In this document: one piece after another, positions 38,866 to 48,835 of the stretch
How positions within the stretch are numbered: position 1 is the first letter of the stretch
How the letters are laid out: every line of letters starts with the position of its first letter
Assembly (NCBI GenBank): GCA_050950825.1
Contig: JBMNIH010000004.1
Location: 576,001 to 640,000 of the forward strand
Origin: Clostridia bacterium
Lineage (GTDB): Bacteria > Bacillota > Clostridia > JAAYHZ01
Reading direction: 5' to 3'
DNA: 64,000 nt
The notes under the pieces: generated by a model
Databases searched by the model: none
Told to the model about the DNA's origin: nothing
The model's input: the letters and a program-made list of their open reading frames with translations, nothing else
Program-made: the position numbers and the translations under genes

Positions 38866-41448
38866 TTAAATATTTGCCTCGTCGAAAGCTTTATCGTGAA
38901 TGGATAAATGGCTCCCTTGAGAATAACGGACATCATAAACGGAATCGTTTTTATACCGTATAAATGCAGTTAAGGCATCGGTTTTTATGCCGTAATCGGA
39001 AAGAGCAATGCATCTTCTTTGATACGGATCGTTGTAGATGAGAAGGTCGGTATAGTATAAAGATTCTACGCGAATAACTACACATTCATCCGGGAGGCTG
39101 TCGACCGCAAGTCTTTCAATGTTTAATATTTTGCTCTTCCCGTCGTAAGGCTCCATCACTTGAACAAAAACGACAGGCTGAAAAGGTTCCTCCGTTTGCT
39201 TTTGTGTTATGAAACAGGGCATTAATAGCTCGTTTTTTAAAATCCGCTCGTAATTTCTGTTCCCGAAAAATCTCATGTCCGCGATCATGATTTCGGATCC
39301 GGTTGTCAGATCGGTGCATCTTAGATGCCAATCTCTTTTTTTCGCAACGTAGTTAAAATAGTCCTCAATATGAAAGTCGACATACCGGTTTTGTTTTGGA
39401 GACGGGTCTTTTCTTAAATTCTCAAAAAACAAACCCTTCGGATAATCGTTTACTGTCGGCACCGGATTCATCCCGCTGTACGAAAGGCTTCCGATGGCGG
39501 CGTGCATGTATCTTTCGTACAGGCGGCCGTTGCCCTGCAGACGGAATATGTCTGCAATATAAAACGCTTCTTCGGAAAGGTCCGTAAGGGATAAGGTTCG
39601 AGCGAATTGCTTTCCGTCCTTTATCATATTCGGATTGCTGCAAGTTACGGTTTTAAAGGATTCGCTGTTCAGCCATAAATCAACCTTGCCCGCTCCTCGA
39701 ATGCCCGGTGAACGATCCTGCGTTGCACAATTATGAACAAAAATCGATTTACCCCAATTGAATTCATCGGAATAAAAGCCGCCGTTATATACAACGGGAG
39801 GATACCCCCAATCCGGCATCATATCGATGCCCATACAGAACAAGCCGATATTCATGGGATCCTCGTGCTCATGGCCGCTTTGCTCCCAATCAAAGTCTAT
39901 CCATAAAGCCCGTTTATGCTCTCCTTTACCGGATCGTAAAATGGCCAGATGCCAATTCGGCTTGATCACGCTAGGAAGATCAATTTCATATCCCTCGTCT
40001 TTCAGAACCTTATCAATTTCCTCTATCATTTGATCAAATTCTTGTTTGCCTAAAAAATCGATCTGCGCTAACAGCTCGGTATATCGCTCTTTAACTGCCG
40101 ACCATATTCCTTTGATAAACACGGTGTCTCCTGTTATTTTGTAACATTTGTATAGCATATATAAGGAGCCCGGGCTTTTGTGCAGACAGCCGCCGGAGGG
40201 TTCGGCAAAAGCAAGGCAATCACCAATTTTAGGATAATACTCGTCGATGCACAAGGTATCAATGAAGAATCGATAGGCTTCGATTAGCGAAGGGTATTTT
40301 TTAAGCAAATCGTCGATAAAAGAAGGCTTTTTATGGACAAACTTCAAAAGGATTTCCGTCAGCTGCTCTTTTGCGTGGTTGGTATATCCGGTAAGACCGT
40401 TTTCCTTTGTAGCTCCGTCACGTTCCGTGCACTGAACAATGATTTCTTCCAACAGGGAATCCACCGTTTCATCATTACCTAACACGGCATGGATGATAGC
40501 GTATAAAGCATGGGTCATCGGAAAGTTGGATCTGCATTTTTTGTAATTTGCCAAAGCGTCCTTCAGTATACGATTTTCAATATGCTGCAGGATGTCTTGG
40601 GGTGAATTTACGGTATACGGTAAACCGTGTTTTTCTTTTTGCGCCTTTACAAATGCCAATAATTCCTGATCCTCGAGCATTGCACCTCGGATGATATCAT
40701 AAGCATGGGCGAAGACGGATATATCGTAGTAGGAATGAAACCAATACCCGAAATAGCCTTCGGTTGAGTAAAGCTGTTCATGTACATATACTTGGGTATG
40801 TGCATCGTAATTCGGCCAATAATCGGCATAACGGTCCAGCAATACGGCACATTTACGGGCATACTCCGGCTTTCCCGTAAGGAGGTATGCATAGCTTAAC
40901 GAGTAAATGCCACGAACCAAATCCTTGTGGTGGCCGTGTATAAGGTAGTAGCCGATAAATCGCTGTACGGTATCTCCGTTGCAATAACCGTTCCCGTCAT
41001 CAACGGCAAACATATGCAGAGGATCGTTAGGATCCGGATGCTCCGTGTTAAACAGCAGTGTTTTATCCGCCTTTTCATACCGGAAAACACCGGTTTCATC
41101 GATGCCGGATTTATAGAAAGAGTAGAAATCATTTTTCGGAAAGTAATTCTTACAGTCGGGGCATCGGACTTTCCAGGGGAAGGATATAGGATCAATTTCC
41201 CAATCGTATAATAGCCGTTTTTTCCTGCAAACGGGACACAAGCTGTTTGTGTGTACATAATGAGAACGTAGAATATACGGGTCGATTACCAAACTCCAAA
41301 GCTCCGCATCGTCTTTTGATATGAACCGTTGAGCCTCTTTTAATATGTTCCATCTTTTTTCCATGCCGTGCTTGCTTGTTTCGGCATATTCTCTGAGTTT
41401 TCGAACGGCGCCGTCAGGATAAAATACGCATTTGTTGTTTAAAGACAT
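38866..41448 (-). CDS. Heparinase II/III-like protein with N-terminal CxxC..CxxC, no signal peptide
   Basis: CPVC..PWKVRCPDC..FPKNDF; GHEHEDPMNIGL, PDWGY and HNCATQD motifs. Confidence 0.7.
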   Translation of the reverse strand: MSLNNKCVFYPDGAVRKLREYAETSKHGMEKRWNILKEAQRFISKDDAELWSLVIDPYILRSHYVHTNSLCPVCRKKRLLYDWEIDPISFPWKVRCPDCKNYFPKNDFYSFYKSGIDETGVFRYEKADKTLLFNTEHPDPNDPLHMFAVDDGNGYCNGDTVQRFIGYYLIHGHHKDLVRGIYSLSYAYLLTGKPEYARKCAVLLDRYADYWPNYDAHTQVYVHEQLYSTEGYFGYWFHSYYDISVFAHAYDIIRGAMLEDQELLAFVKAQKEKHGLPYTVNSPQDILQHIENRILKDALANYKKCRSNFPMTHALYAIIHAVLGNDETVDSLLEEIIVQCTERDGATKENGLTGYTNHAKEQLTEILLKFVHKKPSFIDDLLKKYPSLIEAYRFFIDTLCIDEYYPKIGDCLAFAEPSGGCLHKSPGSLYMLYKCYKITGDTVFIKGIWSAVKERYTELLAQIDFLGKQEFDQMIEEIDKVLKDEGYEIDLPSVIKPNWHLAILRSGKGEHKRALWIDFDWEQSGHEHEDPMNIGLFCMGIDMMPDWGYPPVVYNGGFYSDEFNWGKSIFVHNCATQDRSPGIRGAGKVDLWLNSESFKTVTCSNPNMIKDGKQFARTLSLTDLSEEAFYIADIFRLQGNGRLYERYMHAAIGSLSYSGMNPVPTVNDYPKGLFFENLRKDPSPKQNRYVDFHIEDYFNYVAKKRDWHLRCTDLTTGSEIMIADMRFFGNRNYERILKNELLMPCFITQKQTEEPFQPVVFVQVMEPYDGKSKILNIERLAVDSLPDECVVIRVESLYYTDLLIYNDPYQRRCIALSDYGIKTDALTAFIRYKNDSVYDVRYSQGSHLSIHDKAFDEANI

Positions 41449-41549
41449 CGGCTTCACCACCTCCCGCCCATTATAGCATAACCTTTATGCCGGAGTCAGT
41501 GAAAAATTTGTATACTCGAAAAAGAGTTACGAATACACGACGGCTTGTG

Positions 41550-41577
41550 ATAAACCGTATTCGGTTTATAGTATAAT
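41550..41577 (+). promoter_or_regulatory. Perfect dyad next to a -10 box (candidate operator)
   Basis: ATAAACCG-TATT-CGGTTTAT followed by TATAAT at 41572. Confidence 0.5.
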
Positions 41578-41611
41578 AAAACCCGTAACGGATTTTAAAA
41601 GGAGGTTCTCT

Positions 41612-42664
41612 ATGACGATCACGGATGATATTAAGAAGGAAATAACGTTGCCGGAGAAGATTTATGCAGTCGAAGGAATGGAATTAAATATCTACTTGAG
41701 CAACTTGTTTTTACCGAGACCGGATTTGTTTTGTATCGATGTGGTTTCCGAACAGGGCGTTTTAATGGATAAATATTGGCGCTATATACCCGGAAAAGAA
41801 ACGGAAACGGAAGTTACGGTTGCCGGAATTGATTACGATGCAAATATTTTAAACGGCAAGTCCTGTAAAGTATTGTCTTGCAACAAATCGGACATGCCGC
41901 AAAAGAAAATCAAGTGCCTTTTTATTGGTGACAGCTTAACGCAGCAAGGAACATATACACAGCAGTTTCTAAACCTGTGCACCGCAACCGGATTGGATAT
42001 GGAGCTTATCGGAACGCGGGGCTACAAGTACAACCGCCAAGGAATGAAAGACAATGTGCATGAAGGGTACGGCGGATGGTCTTTAAGAACTCATTTTGAA
42101 GATCAAACGTCTCCTTTTGTCTTTGACGGGAAGTTTGATTTTGAACGGTATATGGTTTCAAACGGTTTTGATAAACCGGATTTCGTCTTTTTCTTCTTGG
42201 GTCCCAACGACATTATTCGCGTAATGGACGATGCGCAAATGATTGAATTAGCGGAATACAACTGTGCAACATACGATAAGATTATCGACAATATTCATCG
42301 TTACGACAAAGATATACACATCGGCATTTGCACCATGCTTCCTCCGTCAAGCAGCCAGGATGCATTCGGATGCAGTTACGGTCCTCGATTCAAAAGATAT
42401 CGATATATTCGAAACGTCCATTATTATAACCTGTACATGCTCCATGCTTTTGACGGGGGAAAATACGATAACGTAGGCATTGTGCCTTTGCATGTCATGT
42501 TTGACGCTGAAAACAACGTATCCTACGATTATCGGAAACCCAACGCAAGATCAAAAGAATTTTTGCATGTTCAAAACAATGCCGTACATCCTATCGACGA
42601 CGGATACGCTTTGGTTGCCGACGGTTTTTATTTCTACGTCCGAAATATGCTGAGTCAAAAATAA
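41612..42664 (+). CDS. SGNH/GDSL hydrolase
   Basis: FIGDSLT, HEGYGGW, LGPND and VHP..GY motifs. Confidence 0.85.
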   Translation: MTITDDIKKEITLPEKIYAVEGMELNIYLSNLFLPRPDLFCIDVVSEQGVLMDKYWRYIPGKETETEVTVAGIDYDANILNGKSCKVLSCNKSDMPQKKIKCLFIGDSLTQQGTYTQQFLNLCTATGLDMELIGTRGYKYNRQGMKDNVHEGYGGWSLRTHFEDQTSPFVFDGKFDFERYMVSNGFDKPDFVFFFLGPNDIIRVMDDAQMIELAEYNCATYDKIIDNIHRYDKDIHIGICTMLPPSSSQDAFGCSYGPRFKRYRYIRNVHYYNLYMLHAFDGGKYDNVGIVPLHVMFDAENNVSYDYRKPNARSKEFLHVQNNAVHPIDDGYALVADGFYFYVRNMLSQK

Positions 42665-42669
42665 ACCGT

Positions 42670-42698
42670 AAAAAAAAGGCTGCGCAAGCAGCCTTTTT
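42670..42698. terminator. Bidirectional terminator
   Basis: AAAAAGGCTGC-GCAA-GCAGCCTTTTT. Confidence 0.8.
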
Positions 42699-42726
42699 AA
42701 AAAAGAGGCTTTATAGGATTATCGGA

Positions 42727-44592
42727 TTAATAGTACAACTTACTCTTATCGATTTCAAACTTCTTGAAATCATCTCTGTTGAAGATTTCAACAAATTGGT
42801 CCAAGCCCGCCGCATACAATCGATCAATGTATGTTTCCCATTCGGAGTAAATGTTTGCAATTTCGCCGCGGAAGGCTCTGTTTCTGAAGTCATTGGCCAC
42901 GGTTAATATATCGCTTTGGATTTTATCCCGTAATGCGATGTACTCGTCGTACAAGTCGTTACCCATAAACAAGCGGCTGATCAATTTATCCGGCTCCAGT
43001 GTATATTTGATAAACCATCCGTTTTCGATTTGGTATTCGCACAATTGATAGAACCATTCACTAACCATGGACCATTTCTTGAAATCGGTTAAGAACTTGT
43101 CGGTAGCGAATATGGCTTGGATGGCGTTGTTGGTATATTGCTTCGGAATTTTTGAAGTGTCGGTGGCGATGATCGCGCTGTTATAAGGTTCGCCCGACCA
43201 CTTGTAATGGATATTTTCCAAGCCGTAATAATAACGATAGAATCCTTCATCCGTAAAGTGGGTGTATCTTAAGAGAGCAAGACAACGATCCAACTTTTCA
43301 TCGGTACAGGAGGCGCCAAATGTCCAAGTACCATAGGCACCGTCTCTGAAAGGAGTATCTATGTATCTTCTATTTCCGCCGGTTCCGTCAGGTCCTACGA
43401 TGACAGGAACGACGACAAATTTCGCATCGGGATGTTTATCCAGAATACCGTTCGGAACCCAATCTCTTACCCAATCAGGGTATGTGGGATTCATGTTGTA
43501 TAAGCAGTCTAACGGGAAGTGCCCGTAGACACCCGTGTTCAAACATCCGTAGAAGTTTCCAAGATAGTCTCCTGTTCCGGTTACATCCTGCAGATAATTC
43601 ATGTAACCTTTTGACAGCATGTCGTTAATGAAAACCAAGAAATCTCGCCATCCGGTAGAAGCATAGGGCGGTACATAGTTTCCGGAGGTTTCATCGTAAT
43701 GCAGCCAAGTGGTGTAGTACGAAGTGATTCCGAACATGCCGGTGTAAATATCCGTCCATGTACTTCCGTAAGACGGTCCGGTTAAAGGATACATGGCTCC
43801 GAAGGTATCGTCGATGCCGTTTCCGTCAGGGTCTTCTTCCGTGAAAGCTCTCAATATGTCGCAAAACTCTTCGTAGGAAAAGACATGGTTGGATAAGAAC
43901 ATGACTCCTTCGCTTGCTCTGCTCAAAGGTTCATAAGAAATTTTTACTTCGGTTAAATCGTCGATATCATAACCGACGTTCTCTAACCAGTCTAAACGGA
44001 AGCAATTGACGTGATACCAGTAGTTATTCATTGCATAACAGAATGATATTCCGTAATAGTGTTCGGGTTCGTCAGGAATGAGATTGAATTGGAATCCGAT
44101 GGGATTGCCTTCAAGAATGCTATAATATTCCGGCAATTTGGTTCTGATGGTTTCGAGAGTGATGTTTCTTGTTAATCCTTCGTTGTAGCCTCTTACGGGA
44201 TCATACCCGTTAATGTACCCGGTGTCCGCCCAGTCGCCGGCCGCCGCCATCATGGTGCATTGCTCTGCGCTGTAAGCGTCGATGTTCCATACCTTAAGAT
44301 CAATGTTGAACTTCTCTTCAAGCTCTAACTCGTCCCAGCGTCCTTCTTCGTAGTTATCCGTAAACCTTACCAGATAAGAAATCTCCAAATGTTTTTCGAA
44401 GGGATTTACCGGTTCGGTTTGGGCAGGAGCGGTGGTCGTTTGTTGAGCCGCCTTCGTGGTTGTTTCCGCCTTCGTGGTCGTGACTTGTGCTGCCGTTGTT
44501 GTTACATCGGGCGTCTGTTCTTGCGATTGCGAACAAGACACGAGTGTAAACAACAGTAGCAACGTTAATAGAACGCACAACTTACTTTTCAT
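42727..44592 (-). CDS. Extracellular solute-binding lipoprotein (LplA-like, carbohydrate)
   Basis: Lipobox LVSC, Thr-rich linker, RLDWLENVG, AFTEEDPDGNGIDDT, YGLENIHY; SD AAGGAG; TTGACT-18-TATAAT upstream. Confidence 0.8.
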   Translation of the reverse strand: MKSKLCVLLTLLLLFTLVSCSQSQEQTPDVTTTAAQVTTTKAETTTKAAQQTTTAPAQTEPVNPFEKHLEISYLVRFTDNYEEGRWDELELEEKFNIDLKVWNIDAYSAEQCTMMAAAGDWADTGYINGYDPVRGYNEGLTRNITLETIRTKLPEYYSILEGNPIGFQFNLIPDEPEHYYGISFCYAMNNYWYHVNCFRLDWLENVGYDIDDLTEVKISYEPLSRASEGVMFLSNHVFSYEEFCDILRAFTEEDPDGNGIDDTFGAMYPLTGPSYGSTWTDIYTGMFGITSYYTTWLHYDETSGNYVPPYASTGWRDFLVFINDMLSKGYMNYLQDVTGTGDYLGNFYGCLNTGVYGHFPLDCLYNMNPTYPDWVRDWVPNGILDKHPDAKFVVVPVIVGPDGTGGNRRYIDTPFRDGAYGTWTFGASCTDEKLDRCLALLRYTHFTDEGFYRYYYGLENIHYKWSGEPYNSAIIATDTSKIPKQYTNNAIQAIFATDKFLTDFKKWSMVSEWFYQLCEYQIENGWFIKYTLEPDKLISRLFMGNDLYDEYIALRDKIQSDILTVANDFRNRAFRGEIANIYSEWETYIDRLYAAGLDQFVEIFNRDDFKKFEIDKSKLYY

Positions 44593-44766
44593 TTTTACAC
44601 TCCTTTCTATATGTCTATAAAGACAGTGCACATATAGATTATAAGTATTGTTTCCAATGAAAGTCAACGCTTTAATTCATAAATTTATAAAATGAATAAT
44701 AAATATGTTCATTTACAAAGATGAAGTCCAATTTTAGAAAGCATAGTATTCCTATAAAATTAAATG

Positions 44767-44791
44767 AAAAACCGGGCTATGCCCGGCTTTT
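44767..44791 (-). terminator. Intrinsic terminator
   Basis: GCCGGGC-ATA-GCCCGGTTTTT on the minus strand. Confidence 0.7.
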
Positions 44792-44811
44792 AAGATATAT
44801 TTATCCATTCT

Positions 44812-46311
44812 TTACATCGCTCTTACTTGTACCATGACATCTTTTACGGTCAATTTTTCTTTCGACGGGTTATAGATAAAGACGGTGTTGGTTCCCGCCT
44901 TGATTAATTTATCGTCAATGTCGTATGCGTTTTCTTCGACTTCCGATTGGGGTAATCGCCCGCCGTTGAAAAACACTTCGATATCGGCGACTGTGTTTAC
45001 GTTAAGGAACAGCTTCAAGCGATATGTTTTCGGTATTTTGCCAAGGCCTTCGTTTCCCATTTCAATAAAGGTGTATTCTTTTCCCTCGGGAGGTATCGTC
45101 AAAGGATTGGCAGGATTTAAAACGGGAATGTTAATAAATTTATTATGAGGATAGCAGGAACCTGCCACGGCGCCGACTCCGCGAATGCTTACGAAATAGT
45201 CCTTATCGTAATCGGCATATAGGGTAGGATCGTCGAGAGGTTCGTGAATACATGCAATCAAATCGTCTCTTTTTAATCCGCTGTTATTGAAAATGTAAAC
45301 ACCGTCCGCTCCGGATTTCCAAACATTCATGACACGTCCGCGGAAGGCTTTTAATGTATGCCGCATATTTCGAGCCTTTTCATCCCGTACTCTGCTTTCA
45401 TCTAAAGAAGGATAAACCGGAACGCCGTAGCGGTGTCCTAACGCCACGCTGTATTCCCATCCGTTTAATTGCAGGTAGCTGCTTGTTATTAACAGATCAA
45501 CGATTCCTTGTTGAAGCCATGCTTCAATATCCAGTCCGATGATTTTGCAAAAGGGTACGGAATCCGGTACCCGGACAGCCGTAAGGATCGGACGACGGCG
45601 CTTGCGGCCGTATTCATCCGCCAAAGAATAAACCTCTTTTACCAGATTCGTCATGATATCCAGCTGTTCTTGTGTTGCCGGCGTACCGTATGCCGGTTCT
45701 TTAAAGAACACGGGATGCCGGAAAAAGTCCATTAAGATCCCGTCTATGTTATAATTCCCCATGATCTCCTTAAAGGAGTCAAGAACCAATTTTCTTACCG
45801 CTTCTTTTTCGAAATTCGCCGCCGTTCCTGCGCCGTAGGGCGGTCGATCGCTATAGGAGGAAATGAGACAGTCGGGATTTTCTTTTTTAAACTTATTGGC
45901 TTCGAACATGGTTTTGCTGTATTCCGCACCGTGGTTGTCGTGAACGTCGTTCATACGCATGGTCCAAAAGATTTCAATGTTGTTTTGGTTGCAGAATCGA
46001 GTAATGATTTCCAGACAGTCGGTACCTTGCTCAATGAACTCCCGAGTCTTATTGTTCTTGAATATGATGTCCTTGGTGTCAAAAATGCTGCCTACCTTGG
46101 TATTGTGCGTGTAGACACCGATTCCCGAGGACCATGTACAGTAAAAGAGCGTATCTACCTTCGAGTCGGCAAGATAGAGGGTTCTTTGCTTCAACAATTC
46201 CAAAGGATCCGCCGTAGAACACTCGTAGACCGTATCACAGCCGTCATTGTCCAATAATACTTTTCGGGTTCGTAACTTCGCATTTTGCTTTAAGGTTTCA
46301 AAATCCGGCAT
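44812..46311 (-). CDS. Glycoside hydrolase-like TIM-barrel protein (GHL10/DUF187-like)
   Basis: DNDG, RMNDVH, NF..EAVR, IDGILMDFFRHP and GADGVYIFN motifs. Confidence 0.65.
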   Translation of the reverse strand: MPDFETLKQNAKLRTRKVLLDNDGCDTVYECSTADPLELLKQRTLYLADSKVDTLFYCTWSSGIGVYTHNTKVGSIFDTKDIIFKNNKTREFIEQGTDCLEIITRFCNQNNIEIFWTMRMNDVHDNHGAEYSKTMFEANKFKKENPDCLISSYSDRPPYGAGTAANFEKEAVRKLVLDSFKEIMGNYNIDGILMDFFRHPVFFKEPAYGTPATQEQLDIMTNLVKEVYSLADEYGRKRRRPILTAVRVPDSVPFCKIIGLDIEAWLQQGIVDLLITSSYLQLNGWEYSVALGHRYGVPVYPSLDESRVRDEKARNMRHTLKAFRGRVMNVWKSGADGVYIFNNSGLKRDDLIACIHEPLDDPTLYADYDKDYFVSIRGVGAVAGSCYPHNKFINIPVLNPANPLTIPPEGKEYTFIEMGNEGLGKIPKTYRLKLFLNVNTVADIEVFFNGGRLPQSEVEENAYDIDDKLIKAGTNTVFIYNPSKEKLTVKDVMVQVRAM

Positions 46312-46371
46312 AATTACTACCTCCTTATATGAATCTATCTTATTCTACCACTAATTAACAACATGTAAACT

Positions 46372-46409
46372 TAAAAAAAGAAAGATCTTCATGACGAATG
46401 AAAATCTTT
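46372..46409 (-). terminator. tyrA terminator
   Basis: AAAGATTTTCAT...ATGAAGATCTTT followed by a T-run. Confidence 0.6.
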
Positions 46410-46424
46410 CTTTGGATAATTATT

Positions 46425-47558
46425 TTATTTCTTCTCCTTCGGATGCACGCTGTAGCCCGTATTTCTTAACAGGGTATAGGCACGTTCCATGCTTTCCGGA
46501 TTGTAAAATTCGATACGAAGGACGCCTTCAAAGCCTTCTCGATTATGGACAATGCCGATATTCTTTATGTTAATGTTTTCTTCCGCCAGTAAAGTAGCGA
46601 TGCGGGCAATAATTCCCGGTCGGTCTTCTACGCTGACGCTGAATTCGAATACCGGCTGGATGGCGCCGGTTGTACGAAACTCGAAGGAATCACGGTATTT
46701 TTTAGCGTTTTCGAAGAAGGCATATACCTTATCGTTTTTGTTCTTTTCCAGCTCTTCTCGAAAGCTTTTTAACTCCTCCTCGAAGGAACGGAGCAATTTG
46801 AATATTTGCTCTTTATTTGAAAAACTGATGTCCGTCCAAATCTCGGGAGAGGAGGAAGCGATCCGCGTAATGTCTCGAAAGCCTCCTGCGGCCAAGGTGT
46901 GCATCAGCTTATTGGGCAAATCGTTTTTTTGAACGGTATTCACAAGAGCGCTTGCAATCACGTGAGGAACATGACTGATGGCGGCGGTAATATAGTCGTG
47001 GGTATCCGCATCCACGGTTATCACCAAAGCACCTATGGATTTTAAAAGCTCCGATAGGATTCTTACGGAATCGGCATCGGAATTGCGAGAAGGGGTGATT
47101 AAGTAATAAGCGTTTTCCAAGAGGATCTCCGTGGAATACTCGAATCCCTTTTTCTCCGAGCCGGCCATGGGATGTCCGCCGATAAAGGGGTATTCCGGCT
47201 TCAGCTCCTCAATCCTTTGAACGATTTCGCTTTTCGTACTTCCGATATCGGTAAGGATGCATCCTTTTTTCAAATGCCCTCGAAGCTTTTGAATAATCGG
47301 AACGGTCACATGAACCGGTGTGCAAATAAACACAATATCGCAATCGTATAGCGTTTCGACGGCAGGAAAAGAAGGGGGAAGCCCTTGGTCGGCTCCCGGC
47401 AGATAAGCCGCGGCGTCAATGACCTTTTGCTCCATTGCCATTTGCAATACCCGAGGATCTTTGTCGCAAGCCGTAATCTTTGCAACGGATTTTTTCTTTT
47501 TAAAGCTTTTGGCCAAGGAACCGCCCATAAATCCTAAGCCGATAATACCGATATGCAT
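46425..47558 (-). CDS. tyrA: Prephenate dehydrogenase with ACT domain
   Basis: GLGFMGGS, DIGSTK, GGHPMAGSE, ISHVPH, GFRDITRIASS, DRPG (ACT). Confidence 0.95.
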   Translation of the reverse strand: MHIGIIGLGFMGGSLAKSFKKKKSVAKITACDKDPRVLQMAMEQKVIDAAAYLPGADQGLPPSFPAVETLYDCDIVFICTPVHVTVPIIQKLRGHLKKGCILTDIGSTKSEIVQRIEELKPEYPFIGGHPMAGSEKKGFEYSTEILLENAYYLITPSRNSDADSVRILSELLKSIGALVITVDADTHDYITAAISHVPHVIASALVNTVQKNDLPNKLMHTLAAGGFRDITRIASSSPEIWTDISFSNKEQIFKLLRSFEEELKSFREELEKNKNDKVYAFFENAKKYRDSFEFRTTGAIQPVFEFSVSVEDRPGIIARIATLLAEENINIKNIGIVHNREGFEGVLRIEFYNPESMERAYTLLRNTGYSVHPKEKK

Positions 47559-48571
47559 TACAGTTTTCTCCCCATCACGTCCAGTATCGGCTTAATTTGT
47601 CGTACCAATTCGACAAAATCCTCCGGTGTCAAGGATTGTGCTCCGTCGGACAAAGCCCGGTCCGGATTCGGATGAACCTCCACCGTCAGCCCGTCACAGT
47701 CCACGGCTGCTGCGGCTCTTGCCAAGGGTATTACGTAATCCTTAACGCCGCATGCATGGGAAGGGTCGATAAATACCGGCAAGTGGGTCTTGGCTCGCAG
47801 CACCGGTATGGCACTGATATCCAACGTATTTCGAGTGGCGGTTTCAAAGGTACGGATACCTCTTTCGCACAGGATCACTTGGTTGTTGTGTTCTCGAATA
47901 ATGTATTCGGCGGCATTCAACCACTCGTCGATGGTAGCGGACATTCCTCTTTTCAGAAATATCGGCTTTTGAGTCCTGCCTACTTCTTTCAAAAGATCGA
48001 AATTTTGCATGTTGCGCGCCCCGATTTGAATAATGTCTACGTAAGGCTCCGCATCTTGAAGTGCAGGTATACCGGTGACTTCGCTGATGACGAGCATGCC
48101 GTAGGTATCGGCGGCGGCCCTTAAATATTTCAATCCTTCCACTCCCAAGCCTTGGAAAGAGTAGGGCGAGGTACGGGGTTTAAAAGCTCCGCCCCTTAAT
48201 ATTTTTACTCCTGCCTTGCTCAATTTTTCGGCCGTTTGAAAAATCTGTTCCTCGCTTTCCACGGCACAGGGGCCGGCAATCAAGACGAAGCGATCACCGC
48301 CGATTTCCACATCGCCCACCTTCACAACGGTTTCCTTCACGTTGAATTTGCGATTTACCAGCTTGTAGGATTCGGTGATGGGAACCAAACGGTCCACTCC
48401 GGGCATTAATTCTAAATTCGCATCCGCCACCAACCTTTTGTCTCCGATAACGCCGATAATCGTCAATTCTTTACCGGTAGAAAGATGAGCTTCCAAACCC
48501 GCTTTATGGAGCTTATCAACTATATTGTCAATTTCTTTTTTGCCTGCATTAGGCTTCATTACTATAATCAT
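47558..48571 (-). CDS. aroF: DAHP synthase class I-beta
   Basis: AGPCAVES, GGAFKPRTSPYSFQG, IGARNMQNF, LKRG, CERGIRTF, DPSH. Confidence 0.95.
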   Translation of the reverse strand: MIIVMKPNAGKKEIDNIVDKLHKAGLEAHLSTGKELTIIGVIGDKRLVADANLELMPGVDRLVPITESYKLVNRKFNVKETVVKVGDVEIGGDRFVLIAGPCAVESEEQIFQTAEKLSKAGVKILRGGAFKPRTSPYSFQGLGVEGLKYLRAAADTYGMLVISEVTGIPALQDAEPYVDIIQIGARNMQNFDLLKEVGRTQKPIFLKRGMSATIDEWLNAAEYIIREHNNQVILCERGIRTFETATRNTLDISAIPVLRAKTHLPVFIDPSHACGVKDYVIPLARAAAAVDCDGLTVEVHPNPDRALSDGAQSLTPEDFVELVRQIKPILDVMGRKL

Positions 48572-48835
48572 AACGTGCTGTGCGGCCGCTTAAGGAAAAG
48601 GATTTATTTAATTAAAAGCCGCTTCTCCTTTCGATTAGTGATTTAAAAATTCCATTATTCAATATTAGGGATTACCGCAGCAATCCCTAGTCGATTCATT
48701 TTATTCTTCGCCTAAATGGTAAATATATTATAGCATGGTTTTATCATAAAAAGAATGTTCTTCCTTTATTACTCAAGAGAAAAACCCATGCAACTGTTTC
48801 GAAAAATATACAAAGGTGTGGTATAATTCAAAATC

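Noticed and set aside
44425-44505. Short tandem repeats (CCGCCTTCGTGGT twice) as a CRISPR or VNTR
   Set aside because: They encode the Thr/Ala-rich linker of the lipoprotein; no spacers and no cas genes
48572-48735. T-box riboswitch upstream of aroF-tyrA
   Set aside because: No GGTGGnACCGCG T-box and no terminator with U-tract in the leader
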